A stretch of 64,000 bases of DNA from Paragordius varius (taxonomy: Eukaryota; Animalia; Nematomorpha). Positions 48,402-61,858 of the stretch are shown here, one piece after another. The DNA lies in the NCBI GenBank assembly GCA_964247055.1, contig OZ176051.1, positions 10,354,001 to 10,418,000 of the forward strand, in the 5' to 3' direction. A model generated the notes under the pieces. The model was given only the letters and a program-made list of their open reading frames with translations. It had not been told where the DNA came from and ran no database searches. The number at the start of each line of letters is the position of its first letter. Positions within the stretch are counted from its first letter, which is position 1. The position numbers were made by a program, and so were the translations under genes.

Positions 48402-51400
48402 CTAGCGTAAATCTCGTGCTGCTACGCAGCCCGAGGAAGTTCTTCGGACTAGTGGGGATATTTAAAAAAAGGGACAATAAAATGATCCACATATGTGGAT
48501 TATTTCTATTTCTAAACATTATTTATTAGCTATGATCTCATAGGAATTTCAAAACGGTGCATTCATACTAATATATTGTTTACTTGGGCGAAAAATAATT
48601 CCAACAATTTGAATTTTTTGGAAAAATGGCATTTTACGGGAGGAGCGGATAAAAAGAGGGCCTTAATTAAAAAAGCGAGCGGATTATGTTCGGCGCAATC
48701 GAATATGAGTAAACAAAAATCATATTTATAATTGAATAGTCCAACACGTCCAGAAAATTCTCTCAAAGACACGATTTTTGTGGACTTCTGTTTTTAAAAA
48801 AAACCGTTTTTTACACGGGGTAGGCCCGAACTGGGGGCCTTATTCAAAAAAGGGCAAAGATATTGTTGAAGCATTCATTAATGATTATATTTTTTCGACA
48901 TTTGGATTTGAATGGATCTACCGGTTTCCCGGAAATAGATCACCAAGCCTAATGTGACCAGATATTTTGAACTTTGACGCAGTACAAAATTAAAATATAC
49001 TTTGCCTGTTTTTACACCATCAATGTGGTATATCACACAGTTTGCACAAAAAATATCCAGATGAAATATATATATTCTAATAGGAAAATATCAGGATTTT
49101 CATGGTGCTTTTGATTAAATTTAAAGATATGGGCTTTGAAGGTTGCAATTTTTTTGGCTCTTTTAAAATGGACTGTTCTCTTATAATCAACGCAAAAATT
49201 CCGACATTGTGCAATAAATTAAATATATGTTAAATTTTGATATCGACTAAATATATTTTTAATTTTGGCAAAATTTTGTTAAAAGTACTTCATACTATTT
49301 TGAGCATGATGGACACGATATAAACGGTTGAGATGTTATACACTGTAAATATATAATTCGAACTCAGAATTTTGATTAAAATATTCGTTCATTATCAAAG
49401 TTATGTTAAATAAAAATTGTGTTTTTTACAAAAATTCACCAAAATTTGAAAGCAAACAAACCTTTAAATTAAAATTCTTAATGTTTAACATCATCATTGA
49501 GAAAAGGGTTTTATTATATCTTAAAGCATTATACCGTTTCCAACATGCTTCAAAATCGTTAGTAGTACGCTTCAACAAAATATCTCAAATTTGTTTATAA
49601 GAAAATTAAAAATTAAAGTTTAGAAAAAAAAATTAAGTTATTACATACCTCCCATCTAATGAGTGTAGAAAACGAAAACTCTTAATTTTGTAATACGAAT
49701 AAAAAAGGTTATTTCGAAATCATATGCCATTTATAATAAATTTAAAATCCGTTTGATAATTATAACAAAAATGAGCTTTTTAAACTTGAACAAACATTTA
49801 TTAAAATATCATAAATTAATTTATTAATTTTAAATTTTGAGGCACCTCTTTTTGCGGAAGCCCTGAGCGAAAGAGCTATTAGCCCGAATCTAACGGTGGC
49901 CGAGATTTATATTTCGCCACTGCGCGAAAGGCTGCAATCATAAGCGGTTTGATCGATCCAAAATCCAATTATATGCATAACACTGGACAACAAATTTTTA
50001 TGCCATTCGAGTTTTTTGAATTTTCTGATATTTAGTATCATTTTAACAGAAAATCTGAAATAAAAATTACAACTCGTTGGAAGAATTTTGTATAATTTGA
50101 TTTTTTTGATTATGCGCCCTCTTTATCATTTACTAAAAAATATTTTTCTTTCAAAATATACAAGTAATGCCCATTTGTAATATATCATTCGAAAGAGTAA
50201 TAAAAACTCTATAAAATGCATACTAATATGTATTACATCGACAGTTAATATTGGACACAAAGAGCGACAAACGCGCGAAGCGAGAGCATTTTTTTAATTA
50301 TTATATTTTTAAAACTAATAGATGAAAATAGCTCAAATTTTGTTTAGATGGTAATGAATGTCCAAAAAAGATAACACAAGAAAGTTCTTTTGATTAAAAC
50401 ATTTTTTTATTGCTTTTATGTCACTCAAAACAGCCATTTTTAAGTTTTTTGTTTTTTAAAAACTACCATCTCATCAATATTAATTTATTTTCTTTATAAT
50501 GCTGATAATTTCGAAATTTTAAAGATAAAAACAAAGTTTAAGGTATTTTTGATCTTTTATGGCCATTATGAAATAAATTTACAGTTATAACTATGCATTT
50601 TAGTATCCACTAGGTAAAATATTTATGATAATAATAATTTTTATTAAAAAAGCAAGCCAAAAGCTTTTTCAAACATTTTTTTAAATTAAATACTAATATA
50701 ACCCTAATAATTATATTAATATAATTTATATGATTTTCAAATTTTGTCTGTGAAAATTCTTGACTTATTTATGGATTGAAAATTTCGACCATTTAAATCC
50801 AAATAACTTTTACATCCGATTGATTTAAATGACTTACTACCATTTAAAAGATGCAGTATTTTGCGCTCTTTCGAATGATATAAAATAATAGGCTTCATAT
50901 CTAAAACTTTTAATTTTCGAAATTTCGAGTTTATTGTTAAATCGGGGCCAAAAATTTTCGATAAACTCTAAAATAAAAAAATTCTTCCATGCTAGACCAA
51001 TTTTCTTTTCAGATATACTAATTATGTACTTTAATGAAATAAATTTTAATACAAGAATGGCAGTTAAAAAAAGTTTGTTGTCTAGTGTAATTCGAGCAGA
51101 AAATAAAATATTAACCAATAAATAGGCCAATCTTATTTTACCGCAATAAATTATTACTTTACAAATTATGGGGTATTTTTACAAAGGTTACTATTTCAAA
51201 TTATAAAATATTTTTTTTGAATAAATAAAAGATAATTAATATATATCCATAAATAAATATTTTTTTTAATTTCAAAAAGCAGTACAAAAGTAGGCGCAGT
51301 ACAGTCGCAGTTTTTTTCTGAAAATCCAGTACTGTACTGCGAAAAACAGCCTATCTGGTCACATTAACCAAGCCACTACTTTCCATTTTTATAAATATAT

Positions 51401-51403
51401 AGA
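48402..51403 (-). mobile_element. Non-autonomous Helitron (~577 bp native) nested in the outer hAT
   Basis: Minus strand A|TCTATATATTTATAAAAATGG...CTCGGGCTGC-GTA-GCAGCACGAG hairpin, 7 nt, then CTAG|T. No TSD, A|T target. Confidence 0.88.
48950..51366. mobile_element. Non-autonomous hAT (same TIR family), inner element inserted in the Helitron
   Basis: Perfect 15-bp TIR TAATGTGACCAGATA. Perfect 8-bp TSD ACCAAGCC at 48942-48949 and 51367-51374. Confidence 0.92.
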
Positions 51404-53872
51404 TTATAATGGTATGTTTGTTTTAAAAAATGCTAATTGTCAAAAACAATATAATTACCAATATATGATAATAAAAATAGAGGGAAACAATATATCTGGT
51501 TTTTATAAGATGTTGCCGTGCAGATAAAATCATTCACACACGATCTTATAAAAGTTCTCTTCCATAGCTTTTTAGAAAAATTACTATTTGACAGCAGGTA
51601 AAACTATGCGTTGATGAAAAAAAGATAGGTAAATGGATAGAAAATTATTCAAATGCCGACTTTGCTACAGTGTAAAATTCAAAAATAATTCAAATAGTTC
51701 TGAGTCTACCCAATGAATGGTATATGACGTGACATAATTATTAATAAATAATATTTTTTTATAATAGTAATAATAACTAAAAATAATAAATTATATATAT
51801 TTTTCAGATTTATGTATTTGTCCCAATAATTTATGGTTTTGCGAAATTTTTTCTAAAGAAGCTTCACAATTTTCTTCTGTATTTTTGACTATTTTGCTTT
51901 CAAAGTATATATTGTGAGTTGTGTTTTTCAGTAGTCCATATTTTGTTTATAGGAAAAGGCACGGAAAAGAAAATTAAAATGGAATTAATGAAAAAATTAT
52001 TGTGTGTGCCAAAATTAAAATAGGTCTATAAAATTGTTTATGCACAAAAGAATGAAAAGACTGGCTAAAAATTAAAGTTTAAGGAAGCAAAAAATTAAGG
52101 AACATACCTCCCACCCAAAACATAAAAAGTTGTTTTTTTTCCTAGAAAAAAAGGTTATATCGAAACTAAATATAATGAATTTTAAAAAGAATATGTTGCG
52201 GAAATAAAAAAATTTTCCGTTTGATAATTATAATTAAAGTAAACTCAAATAAATTTAATTTAGCTGAAACTTATATAAAACAAGATGAATTTTCAAAAGA
52301 TAAAATTACTGAAATATTAATTTATTTTTTGTTTATTTTTGAGGTCGCTTTTGCGGAGCCCTGATTGAAAGGTTGGCCTAAATCTGGAATCTTATATTGA
52401 TAGTTCCGTCACTTCGCGAATGGCTGCATTCATAAGCGATTTGACCGGTCCAAAACCTAACTCCATGTATAATTAGAGCAGAAAATAAAATATTAAAATT
52501 AAAGGCCATAGTTTTTTACAGTTAAAAAAAACCATTTATTTATTTTAACTAAGGGTGCTCTATCGAATTCTACAAACATAACTTGTAAAAATAAATGGTA
52601 ATTAAAACATATTTATAAAAAAAAATTTCAAAAAGCAGTACAAAAGTCAGGGCAGTACAGGCGCGGTTTTTTTTCGAAAACCCAGTACTGTACTGCGAAA
52701 AACAGCCTATCTGGTCACTTTAACATATATATATTTAAAAGAAAATGTATCAGGATTATCATGAATTTTTTGGTTTCGGCCCTTTGAAGAGTTTAAAGTT
52801 ATTTAAACTCTTGTAAGTGCACAATATCAGAAAATGGTATATATGTGGTATATATTTTTTTGGTCCAAGATAAACGCATTCCAAAAATATCAGTCAAATA
52901 CATCATAAACAATATATAGAAAGCAAAAATATCATTTAACACTTTTAATTTTTAGATGTGGCCTTCAAAAGTCCTAATTTTTTTCGCTCTTCTAAAATAA
53001 GGTGTTTCTCTTAAAAGCGTAATAGGCCGAATTTTTAAAATATTGAGCTTGGTACCTAAAATTTTGAGTTAAACCATTCGCTCTTATATCACTCTGTTAT
53101 TATTTTACCACAAATTTAGCATATTATTATTATAATAATTATTATAAATTATTTTCGATTATTTATTCTAAGCTACGCCAGATTTATTACGAAAGTGTTG
53201 GTTTTATATTTTGCACTATTTTTTAAATTGAAACATTATCTGCTTCAGTATCCATCAGGGATTCTTGGTGAATATCTCTCCAAACTGCGTCACGTCTTGC
53301 TCATTTTGTTAGGAGCCCCTCGGCAAATATAATGCTATGTTTATAAAATAAATAACAATATATCATATTTTTAATATATTATAATGGGATGAAAGAACCT
53401 TTAGTGATAAATTTATATAAACTGATTGGCAATTTAAACAGAAACATGTTGTCAGATAGATATAATTATCCATTGATTTTAAGATATTTTAGTCAATTAC
53501 ATTTAATAGTAATTAATTGTTAGTCAGGCTAGGAAATAGTTATAATAATTTTTAGATATACTTTTTCGGATTTCATCGCTTTATAATTTATCATTAAAAA
53601 TATAAGGAATTTATAATATTATTCGAAATATTTTGGTAATCAGTCAAAAAATTGCTAATTGAACAAGTTATGTATTGTTACAAACAAAATAAATTATTTT
53701 GTTTTTAAATGATTAACAAATTTTCAAATATGTACCGTTAGTTTCAAAGTGATCAATAAAACAAATTTCTTTTGATAATAATAATAATCACACTATTCAC
53801 AAAAAAACTTAATTTTTTGTGGGATGTTTATAATGAGTTCAAAATATATCTGTGATTTTATTTTATTGAGAA

Positions 53873-56800
53873 CTAGCGTGAATCTCGTGCTGCTACGCAG
53901 CCCGAGGAAGTCCTTCGGACTTCTGGGGGGGGGGGGGGGGGGGTCGAAGTTTGGATTTGAATGGGTCTACCGTTTTTCCTGTAGATCACAAAGCCAGCAT
54001 TTTCCATTTTTATAAATAAGATTACCATAAATAATGTTTTAATATCCATATATCTTTTAACATGCTATACATATGATAGATACTCCTTACTCAGCAGCTA
54101 TCATCAAAGAAACGCTTGACTAAAATTTTTGCCTTTTAACAGGGAATACGTGGAATCTTTATTGAATTTTTACGGTCTCATACCTAGGGCGAAAAATCGA
54201 TTTAGAAAATTATTTTTGTGGACTTTGTTTTTTGAAAAAAATGGCATTTTACGGGGGGAGCGGGTAAAAAGAGGGCCTAAATCAAAAAAGTGGCTCGACT
54301 ATGTTCGGCGCAATCGAAAATAAGTAAACAAAAATTATATTTGAAATTGAATGGTCCAACACGTTCTCCGGAAAATTGTCTCAAAAACACGATTTTGTGG
54401 ACTTCTGTTTTCAAAAAAAAACCATTTTTCATACGGGGTGGGCCCGAACTGGGGGCCTATTTCAAAAAAAGGGCGAAGCTATTGTCGGGACATTTATTAA
54501 TGATTATATTTTTTCGATATTTGGATTTGATTGGGTCTACCGGTTTTCCTGTGCCAGATCACAAAGCCAGCATTTTCCATTTTTATAAATATATAGATGA
54601 GGATAAATAATGTATTAATATCCATATATCTTTTAACATGCTATACATATGATAGATACTCCTTACTCAGCAGCTATCATCAAAGAAACGCTTGACTAAA
54701 ATTTTTGCCTTTTAACAGGCAATACGAAAAATCTTTCTCGAATTTTTACAGTCTCATACCGTGGACAAAAAAATACAATCAAAAAAATATTTTTGTGGAC
54801 TTTGTTTTTTTTTGAAAAAAATGGCATTTTACGGGGGGAGCGGGTAAAAAGAGGGCCTAAATCAAAAATGTGACTCGACTATGTTCAGCGCGATCAAAAA
54901 TAAGTAAACAAAATTCATATTTGAAATTGAATGGTCAAACACGTTCTCCAAAAAATTGACTTAACCCATTTTTCACACGGGGTGGGCCCGAACTGGGGAC
55001 CTAATTCCAAAAAAGGGCGAAGCTATTGTCGGGGCATTCATTAATGATTATATTTTTTCGATATTTGGATTTGATTGGGATCACCGGTTTTCCGGAAACA
55101 GTTCACAAAGTTATAGGAAAAATCAGTTTTTAGCGGGTAGCTCCTTACCCAGCAGCTATCATCCAATAAAAGGTGGACTAAAATTTTTGCCTTTTAACAG
55201 GGAATACGTGGAATCTTTATTGAATTTTTACGGTCTCATACCTAGGGCGAAAAATCGATTTAGAAAATTATTTTTGTGGACTTTGTTTTTTGAAAAAAAT
55301 GGCATTTTACGGGGGGAGCGGGTAAAAAGAGGGCCTAAATCAAAAAAGTGGCTCGACTATGTTCAGCGCGATCAAAAATAAGTAAACAAAATTCATATTT
55401 GAAATTGAATGGTCAAACACGTTCTCCAAAAAATTGACTTAACCCATTTTTCACACGGGGTGGGCCCGAACTGGGGACCTAATTCCAAAAAAGGGCGAAG
55501 CTATTGTCGGGGCATTCATTAATGATTATATTTTTTCGATATTTGGATTTGATTGGGATCACCGGTTTTCCGGAAACAGTTCACAAAGTTATAGGAAAAA
55601 TCAGTTTTTAGCGGGTAGCTCCTTACCCAGCAGCTATCATCAAATAAAAGGTGGACTAAAATTTTTGCCTTTTAACAGGGAATACGTGGAATCTTTATTG
55701 AATTTTTACGGTCTCATACCTAGGGCGAAAAATCGATTTAGAAAATTATTTTTGTGGACTTTGTTTTTTGAAAAAAATGGCATTTTACGGGGGGAGCGGG
55801 TAAAAAGAGGGCCTAAATCAAAAAAGTGGCTCGACTATGTTCAGCGCGATCAAAAATAAGTAAACAAAATTCATATTTGAAATTGAATGGTCAAACACGT
55901 TCTCCAAAAAATTGACTTAACCCATTTTTCACACGGGGTGGGCCCGAACTGGGGACCTAATTCCAAAAAAGGGCGAAGCTATTGTCGGGGCATTCATTAA
56001 TGATTATATTTTTTCGATATTTGGATTTGATTGGGATCACCGGTTTTCCGGAAACAGTTCACAAAGTTATAGGAAAAATCAGTTTTTAGCGGGTAGCTCC
56101 TTACCCAGCAGCTATCATCAAATAAAAGGTGGACTAAAATTTTTGCCTTTTAACAGGGAATACGTGGAATCTTTATTGAATTTTTACGGTCTCATACCTA
56201 GGGCGAAAAATCGATTTAGAAAATTATTTTTGTGGACTTTGTTTTTTGAAAAAAATGGCATTTTACGGGGGGAGCGGGTAAAAAGAGGGCCTAAATCAAA
56301 AAAGTGGCTCGACTATGTTCGGCGCAATCGAAAATATGTAAACAAAAATTATATTTGAAATTGAATGGTCCAACACGTTCTCCGGAAAATTGTCTCAAAA
56401 ACACGATTTTGTGGACTTCTGTTTTCAAAAAAAAACCATTTTTCATACGGGGTGGGCCCGAACTGGGGGCCTATTTCAAAAAAAGGGCGAAGCTATTGTC
56501 GGGACATTTATTAATGATTATATTTTTTCGATATTTGGATTTGATTGGGTCTACCGGTTTTCCTGTGCCAGATCACAAAGCCAGCATTTTCCATTTTTAT
56601 AAATATATAGATGAGGATAAATAATGTATTAATATCCATATATCTTTTAACATGCTATACATATGATAGATACTCCTTACTCAGCAGCTATCATCAAAGA
56701 AACGCTTGACTAAAATTTTTGCCTTTTAACAGGCAATACGAAAAATCTTTCTCGAATTTTTACAGTCTCATACCGTGGACAAAAAAATACAATCAAAAAA

Positions 56801-59800
56801 ATATTTTTGTGGACTTTGTTTTTTTTTGAAAAAAATGGCATTTTACGGGGGGAGCGGGTAAAAAGAGGGCCTAAATCAAAAATGTGACTCGACTATGTTC
56901 AGCGCGATCAAAAATAAGTAAACAAAATTCATATTTGAAATTGAATGGTCAAACACGTTCTCCAAAAAATTGACTTAACCCATTTTTCACACGGGGTGGG
57001 CCCGAACTGGGGACCTAATTCCAAAAAAGGGCGAAGCTATTGTCGGGGCATTCATTAATGATTATATTTTTTCGATATTTGGATTTGATTGGGATCACCG
57101 GTTTTCCGGAAACAGTTCACAAAGTTATAGGAAAAATCAGTTTTTAGCGGGTAGCTCCTTACCCAGCAGCTATCATCCAATAAAAGGTGGACTAAAATTT
57201 TTGCCTTTTAACAGGGAATACGTGGAATCTTTATTGAATTTTTACGGTCTCATACCTAGGGCGAAAAATCGATTTAGAAAATTATTTTTGTGGACTTTGT
57301 TTTTTGAAAAAAATGGCATTTTACGGGGGGAGCGGGTAAAAAGAGGGCCTAAATCAAAAAAGTGGCTCGACTATGTTCAGCGCGATCAAAAATAAGTAAA
57401 CAAAATTCATATTTGAAATTGAATGGTCAAACACGTTCTCCAAAAAATTGACTTAACCCATTTTTCACACGGGGTGGGCCCGAACTGGGGACCTAATTCC
57501 AAAAAAGGGCGAAGCTATTGTCGGGGCATTCATTAATGATTATATTTTTTCGATATTTGGATTTGATTGGGATCACCGGTTTTCCGGAAACAGTTCACAA
57601 AGTTATAGGAAAAATCAGTTTTTAGCGGGTAGCTCCTTACCCAGCAGCTATCATCCAATAAAAGGTGGACTAAAATTTTTGCCTTTTAACAGGGAATACG
57701 TGGAATCTTTATTGAATTTTTACGGTCTCATACCTAGGGCGAAAAATCGATTTAGAAAATTATTTTTGTGGACTTTGTTTTTTGAAAAAAATGGCATTTT
57801 ACGGGGGGAGCGGGTAAAAAGAGGGCCTAAATCAAAAAAGTGGCTCGACTATGTTCAGCGCGATCAAAAATAAGTAAACAAAATTCATATTTGAAATTGA
57901 ATGGTCAAACACGTTCTCCAAAAAATTGACTTAACCCATTTTTCACACGGGGTGGGCCCGAACTGGGGACCTAATTCCAAAAAAGGGCGAAGCTATTGTC
58001 GGGGCATTCATTAATGATTATATTTTTTCGATATTTGGATTTGATTGGGATCACCGGTTTTCCGGAAACAGTTCACAAAGTTATAGGAAAAATCAGTTTT
58101 TAGCGGGTAGCTCCTTACCCAGCAGCTATCATCAAATAAAAGGTGGACTAAAATTTTTGCCTTTTAACAGGGAATACGTGGAATCTTTATTGAATTTTTA
58201 CGGTCTCATACCTAGGGCGAAAAATCGATTTAGAAAATTATTTTTGTGGACTTTGTTTTTTGAAAAAAATGGCATTTTACGGGGGGAGCGGGTAAAAAGA
58301 GGGCCTAAATCAAAAAAGTGGCTCGACTATGTTCGGCGCAATCGAAAATATGTAAACAAAAATTATATTTGAAATTGAATGGTCCAACACGTTCTCCGGA
58401 AAATTGTCTCAAAAACACGATTTTGTGGACTTCTGTTTTCAAAAAAAAACCATTTTTCATACGGGGTGGGCCCGAACTGGGGGCCTATTTCAAAAAAAGG
58501 GCGAAGCTATTGTCGGGACATTTATTAATGATTATATTTTTTCGATATTTGGATTTGATTGGGTCTACCGGTTTTCCTGTGCCAGATCACAAAGCCAGCA
58601 TTTTCCATTTTTATAAATATATAGATGAGGATAAATAATGTATTAATATCCATATATCTTTTAACATGCTATACATATGATAGATACTCCTTACTCAGCA
58701 GCTATCATCAAAGAAACGCTTGACTAAAATTTTTGCCTTTTAACAGGCAATACGAAAAATCTTTCTCGAATTTTTACAGTCTCATACCGTGGACAAAAAA
58801 ATACAATCAAAAAAATATTTTTGTGGACTTTGTTTTTTTTTGAAAAAAATGGCATTTTACGGGGGGAGCGGGTAAAAAGAGGGCCTAAATCAAAAATGTG
58901 ACTCGACTATGTTCAGCGCGATCAAAAATAAGTAAACAAAATTCATATTTGAAATTGAATGGTCAAACACGTTCTCCAAAAAATTGACTTAACCCATTTT
59001 TCACACGGGGTGGGCCCGAACTGGGGACCTAATTCCAAAAAAGGGCGAAGCTATTGTCGGGGCATTCATTAATGATTATATTTTTTCGATATTTGGATTT
59101 GATTGGGATCACCGGTTTTCCGGAAACAGTTCACAAAGTTATAGGAAAAATCAGTTTTTAGCGGGTAGCTCCTTACCCAGCAGCTATCATCCAATAAAAG
59201 GTGGACTAAAATTTTTGCCTTTTAACAGGGAATACGTGGAATCTTTATTGAATTTTTACGGTCTCATACCTAGGGCGAAAAATCGATTTAGAAAATTATT
59301 TTTGTGGACTTTGTTTTTTGAAAAAAATGGCATTTTACGGGGGGAGCGGGTAAAAAGAGGGCCTAAATCAAAAAAGTGGCTCGACTATGTTCAGCGCGAT
59401 CAAAAATAAGTAAACAAAATTCATATTTGAAATTGAATGGTCAAACACGTTCTCCAAAAAATTGACTTAACCCATTTTTCACACGGGGTGGGCCCGAACT
59501 GGGGACCTAATTCCAAAAAAGGGCGAAGCTATTGTCGGGGCATTCATTAATGATTATATTTTTTCGATATTTGGATTTGATTGGGATCACCGGTTTTCCG
59601 GAAACAGTTCACAAAGTTATAGGAAAAATCAGTTTTTAGCGGGTAGCTCCTTACCCAGCAGCTATCATCCAATAAAAGGTGGACTAAAATTTTTGCCTTT
59701 TAACAGGGAATACGTGGAATCTTTATTGAATTTTTACGGTCTCATACCTAGGGCGAAAAATCGATTTAGAAAATTATTTTTGTGGACTTTGTTTTTTGAA

Positions 59801-60639
59801 AAAAATGGCATTTTACGGGGGGAGCGGGTAAAAAGAGGGCCTAAATCAAAAAAGTGGCTCGACTATGTTCAGCGCGATCAAAAATAAGTAAACAAAATTC
59901 ATATTTGAAATTGAATGGTCAAACACGTTCTCCAAAAAATTGACTTAACCCATTTTTCACACGGGGTGGGCCCGAACTGGGGACCTAATTCCAAAAAAGG
60001 GCGAAGCTATTGTCGGGGCATTCATTAATGATTATATTTTTTCGATATTTGGATTTGATTGGGATCACCGGTTTTCCGGAAACAGTTCACAAAGTTATAG
60101 GAAAAATCAGTTTTTAGCGGGTAGCTCCTTACCCAGCAGCTATCATCAAATAAAAGGTGGACTAAAATTTTTGCCTTTTAACAGGGAATACGTGGAATCT
60201 TTATTGAATTTTTACGGTCTCATACCTAGGGCGAAAAATCGATTTAGAAAATTATTTTTGTGGACTTTGTTTTTTGAAAAAAATGGCATTTTACGGGGGG
60301 AGCGGGTAAAAAGAGGGCCTAAATCAAAAAAGTGGCTCGACTATGTTCGGCGCAATCGAAAATATGTAAACAAAAATTATATTTGAAATTGAATGGTCCA
60401 ACACGTTCTCCGGAAAATTGTCTCAAAAACACGATTTTGTGGACTTCTGTTTTCAAAAAAAAACCATTTTTCATACGGGGTGGGCCCGAACTGGGGGCCT
60501 ATTTCAAAAAAAGGGCGAAGCTATTGTCGGGACATTTATTAATGATTATATTTTTTCGATATTTGGATTTGATTGGGTCTACCGGTTTTCCTGTACCAGA
60601 TCACAAAGCCAGCATTTTCCATTTTTATAAATATATAGA
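53873..60639 (-). mobile_element. Composite Helitron with internal tandem array
   Basis: 3' hairpin plus CTAG|T at 53873 and A|TC 5' end at 60639, same family as 48402-51403. Confidence 0.85.
54022..60639. repeat. Tandem array of 13 monomers (576/482/478/478 bp) with a 2014-bp higher-order period
   Basis: Near-identical short ORF starts recur at spacings 1058, 478, 478. Helitron TC termini occur at 54597, 56611, 58625 and 60639. Confidence 0.95.
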
Positions 60640-61858
60640 TTCACGGAATTGATTGATTTAGGCTTTTTTATATACATTGTTCCTAAATACATTAAGCAGA
60701 GTGGAAATTTTAACATCTTCTGTATCCACCCAATTTGATAAAATTAATTTGCCAAAAATATCAAATAAACAGTTTATCACATTATACATATACTAAATTA
60801 TATATACAGTTTTCAAAACAATCATTCTATTTTTGAATCTTTAAGGTGTGCCCTACATTACGCTTGAAAAATTTTCAAATTTTGATCATATGATTATTTA
60901 TCACCTCCCAATCAAGTTTTCTTGCTTGACTTAACTCCCCTATAAATTATTTAATCACATGAAAGCAAGCCATGACTTGAAAAACTTGAAAATCAAGGCA
61001 AAATGTTTTTTTACCACCCCACCCAATATCTTAAAATTTTTTGGTTTCCACTACCTTTTGAAAAACCCTAAATGTTTTATCACATGTAAATTTTTTAGCT
61101 AAATATTTATTTTTGTGAAGAAAATTATTTTTGATCTCAAAATATAGCATACATTTAAAATTATCGACTTATCTTGGCCTTTTTGCTTTGATTCTAATAA
61201 AACGAGTTTATTTTGGACGGATCCAAAAATTTAAGGCTTTCGGAGCTCACATCTAAAATTAATATTTTTAAAAATATAGATATACATTTGAAATGTAGTT
61301 TATGATAATTTTTAGCCATTTTTGTAATAAGGGATTTAGTCTTAAAAATGCAATTTTCTCATATAAGCGTGACACGAAAGTGTTTATATCTTTCCTACAT
61401 AAGTTGTAAGACATAAAACAAAAGCACTATCAGTATCCTGTTACATTTTCCTATCAAAATATATATAATTTATCAGGATTTTTTGTAATCACTGTAAATA
61501 AATTGACTAAAATAAAATGCCCCATTTTAAATGATACCAGTAAAATACATCCTAAACGACAAAACAAATTTTTTTCAATATTCGAATCTTAAATGTGGGC
61601 TCCGAATGTCCAAATTTATGGCGCGCTTTAAAATAGGTTATAAAAAGATGCAAAGAGCCGACGATTAGTATTTTTAAATATATGCTAGATTATAAAATAA
61701 TTTTTAGCTAGAGAAACCAATTTTTAGTAAAGTTTTAGTAACTGTATATTAAGGTAATTTAAAGCACAATAAAAGCGACATTAGGACATTGTAACTTAAA
61801 AACACTTTTTCTACATAGACTAGCACCAATAATTAACCATTTTTTTATCATTTATTTT

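Larger units (their letters stand above)
48175..52722. mobile_element. Non-autonomous hAT (Blackjack-like TIR), outer element
   Basis: TIR TAATGTGACCAGATA / TAAAGTGACCAGATA. Perfect 8-bp TSD ACATATAT at 48167-48174 and 52723-52730. CAGTAC subterminal repeats. Confidence 0.88.

Noticed and set aside
53230-53340. GC-richer patch that might be an exon (ARRDAVWRDIHQESLMDTEADNV on the minus strand)
   Set aside because: No clear splice partners or homology.
54129-60652. Repeated 64-106-aa ORFs (MPFNREY..., MARLCSAQ..., MSQKHDF...)
   Set aside because: They are by-products of the tandem array: mostly non-ATG starts, overlapping frames and no recognisable motifs.
60841-61830. Possible TTAA|GGTG (Kolobok-like) element
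   Set aside because: The putative right end matches too poorly and there is no matching TSD.
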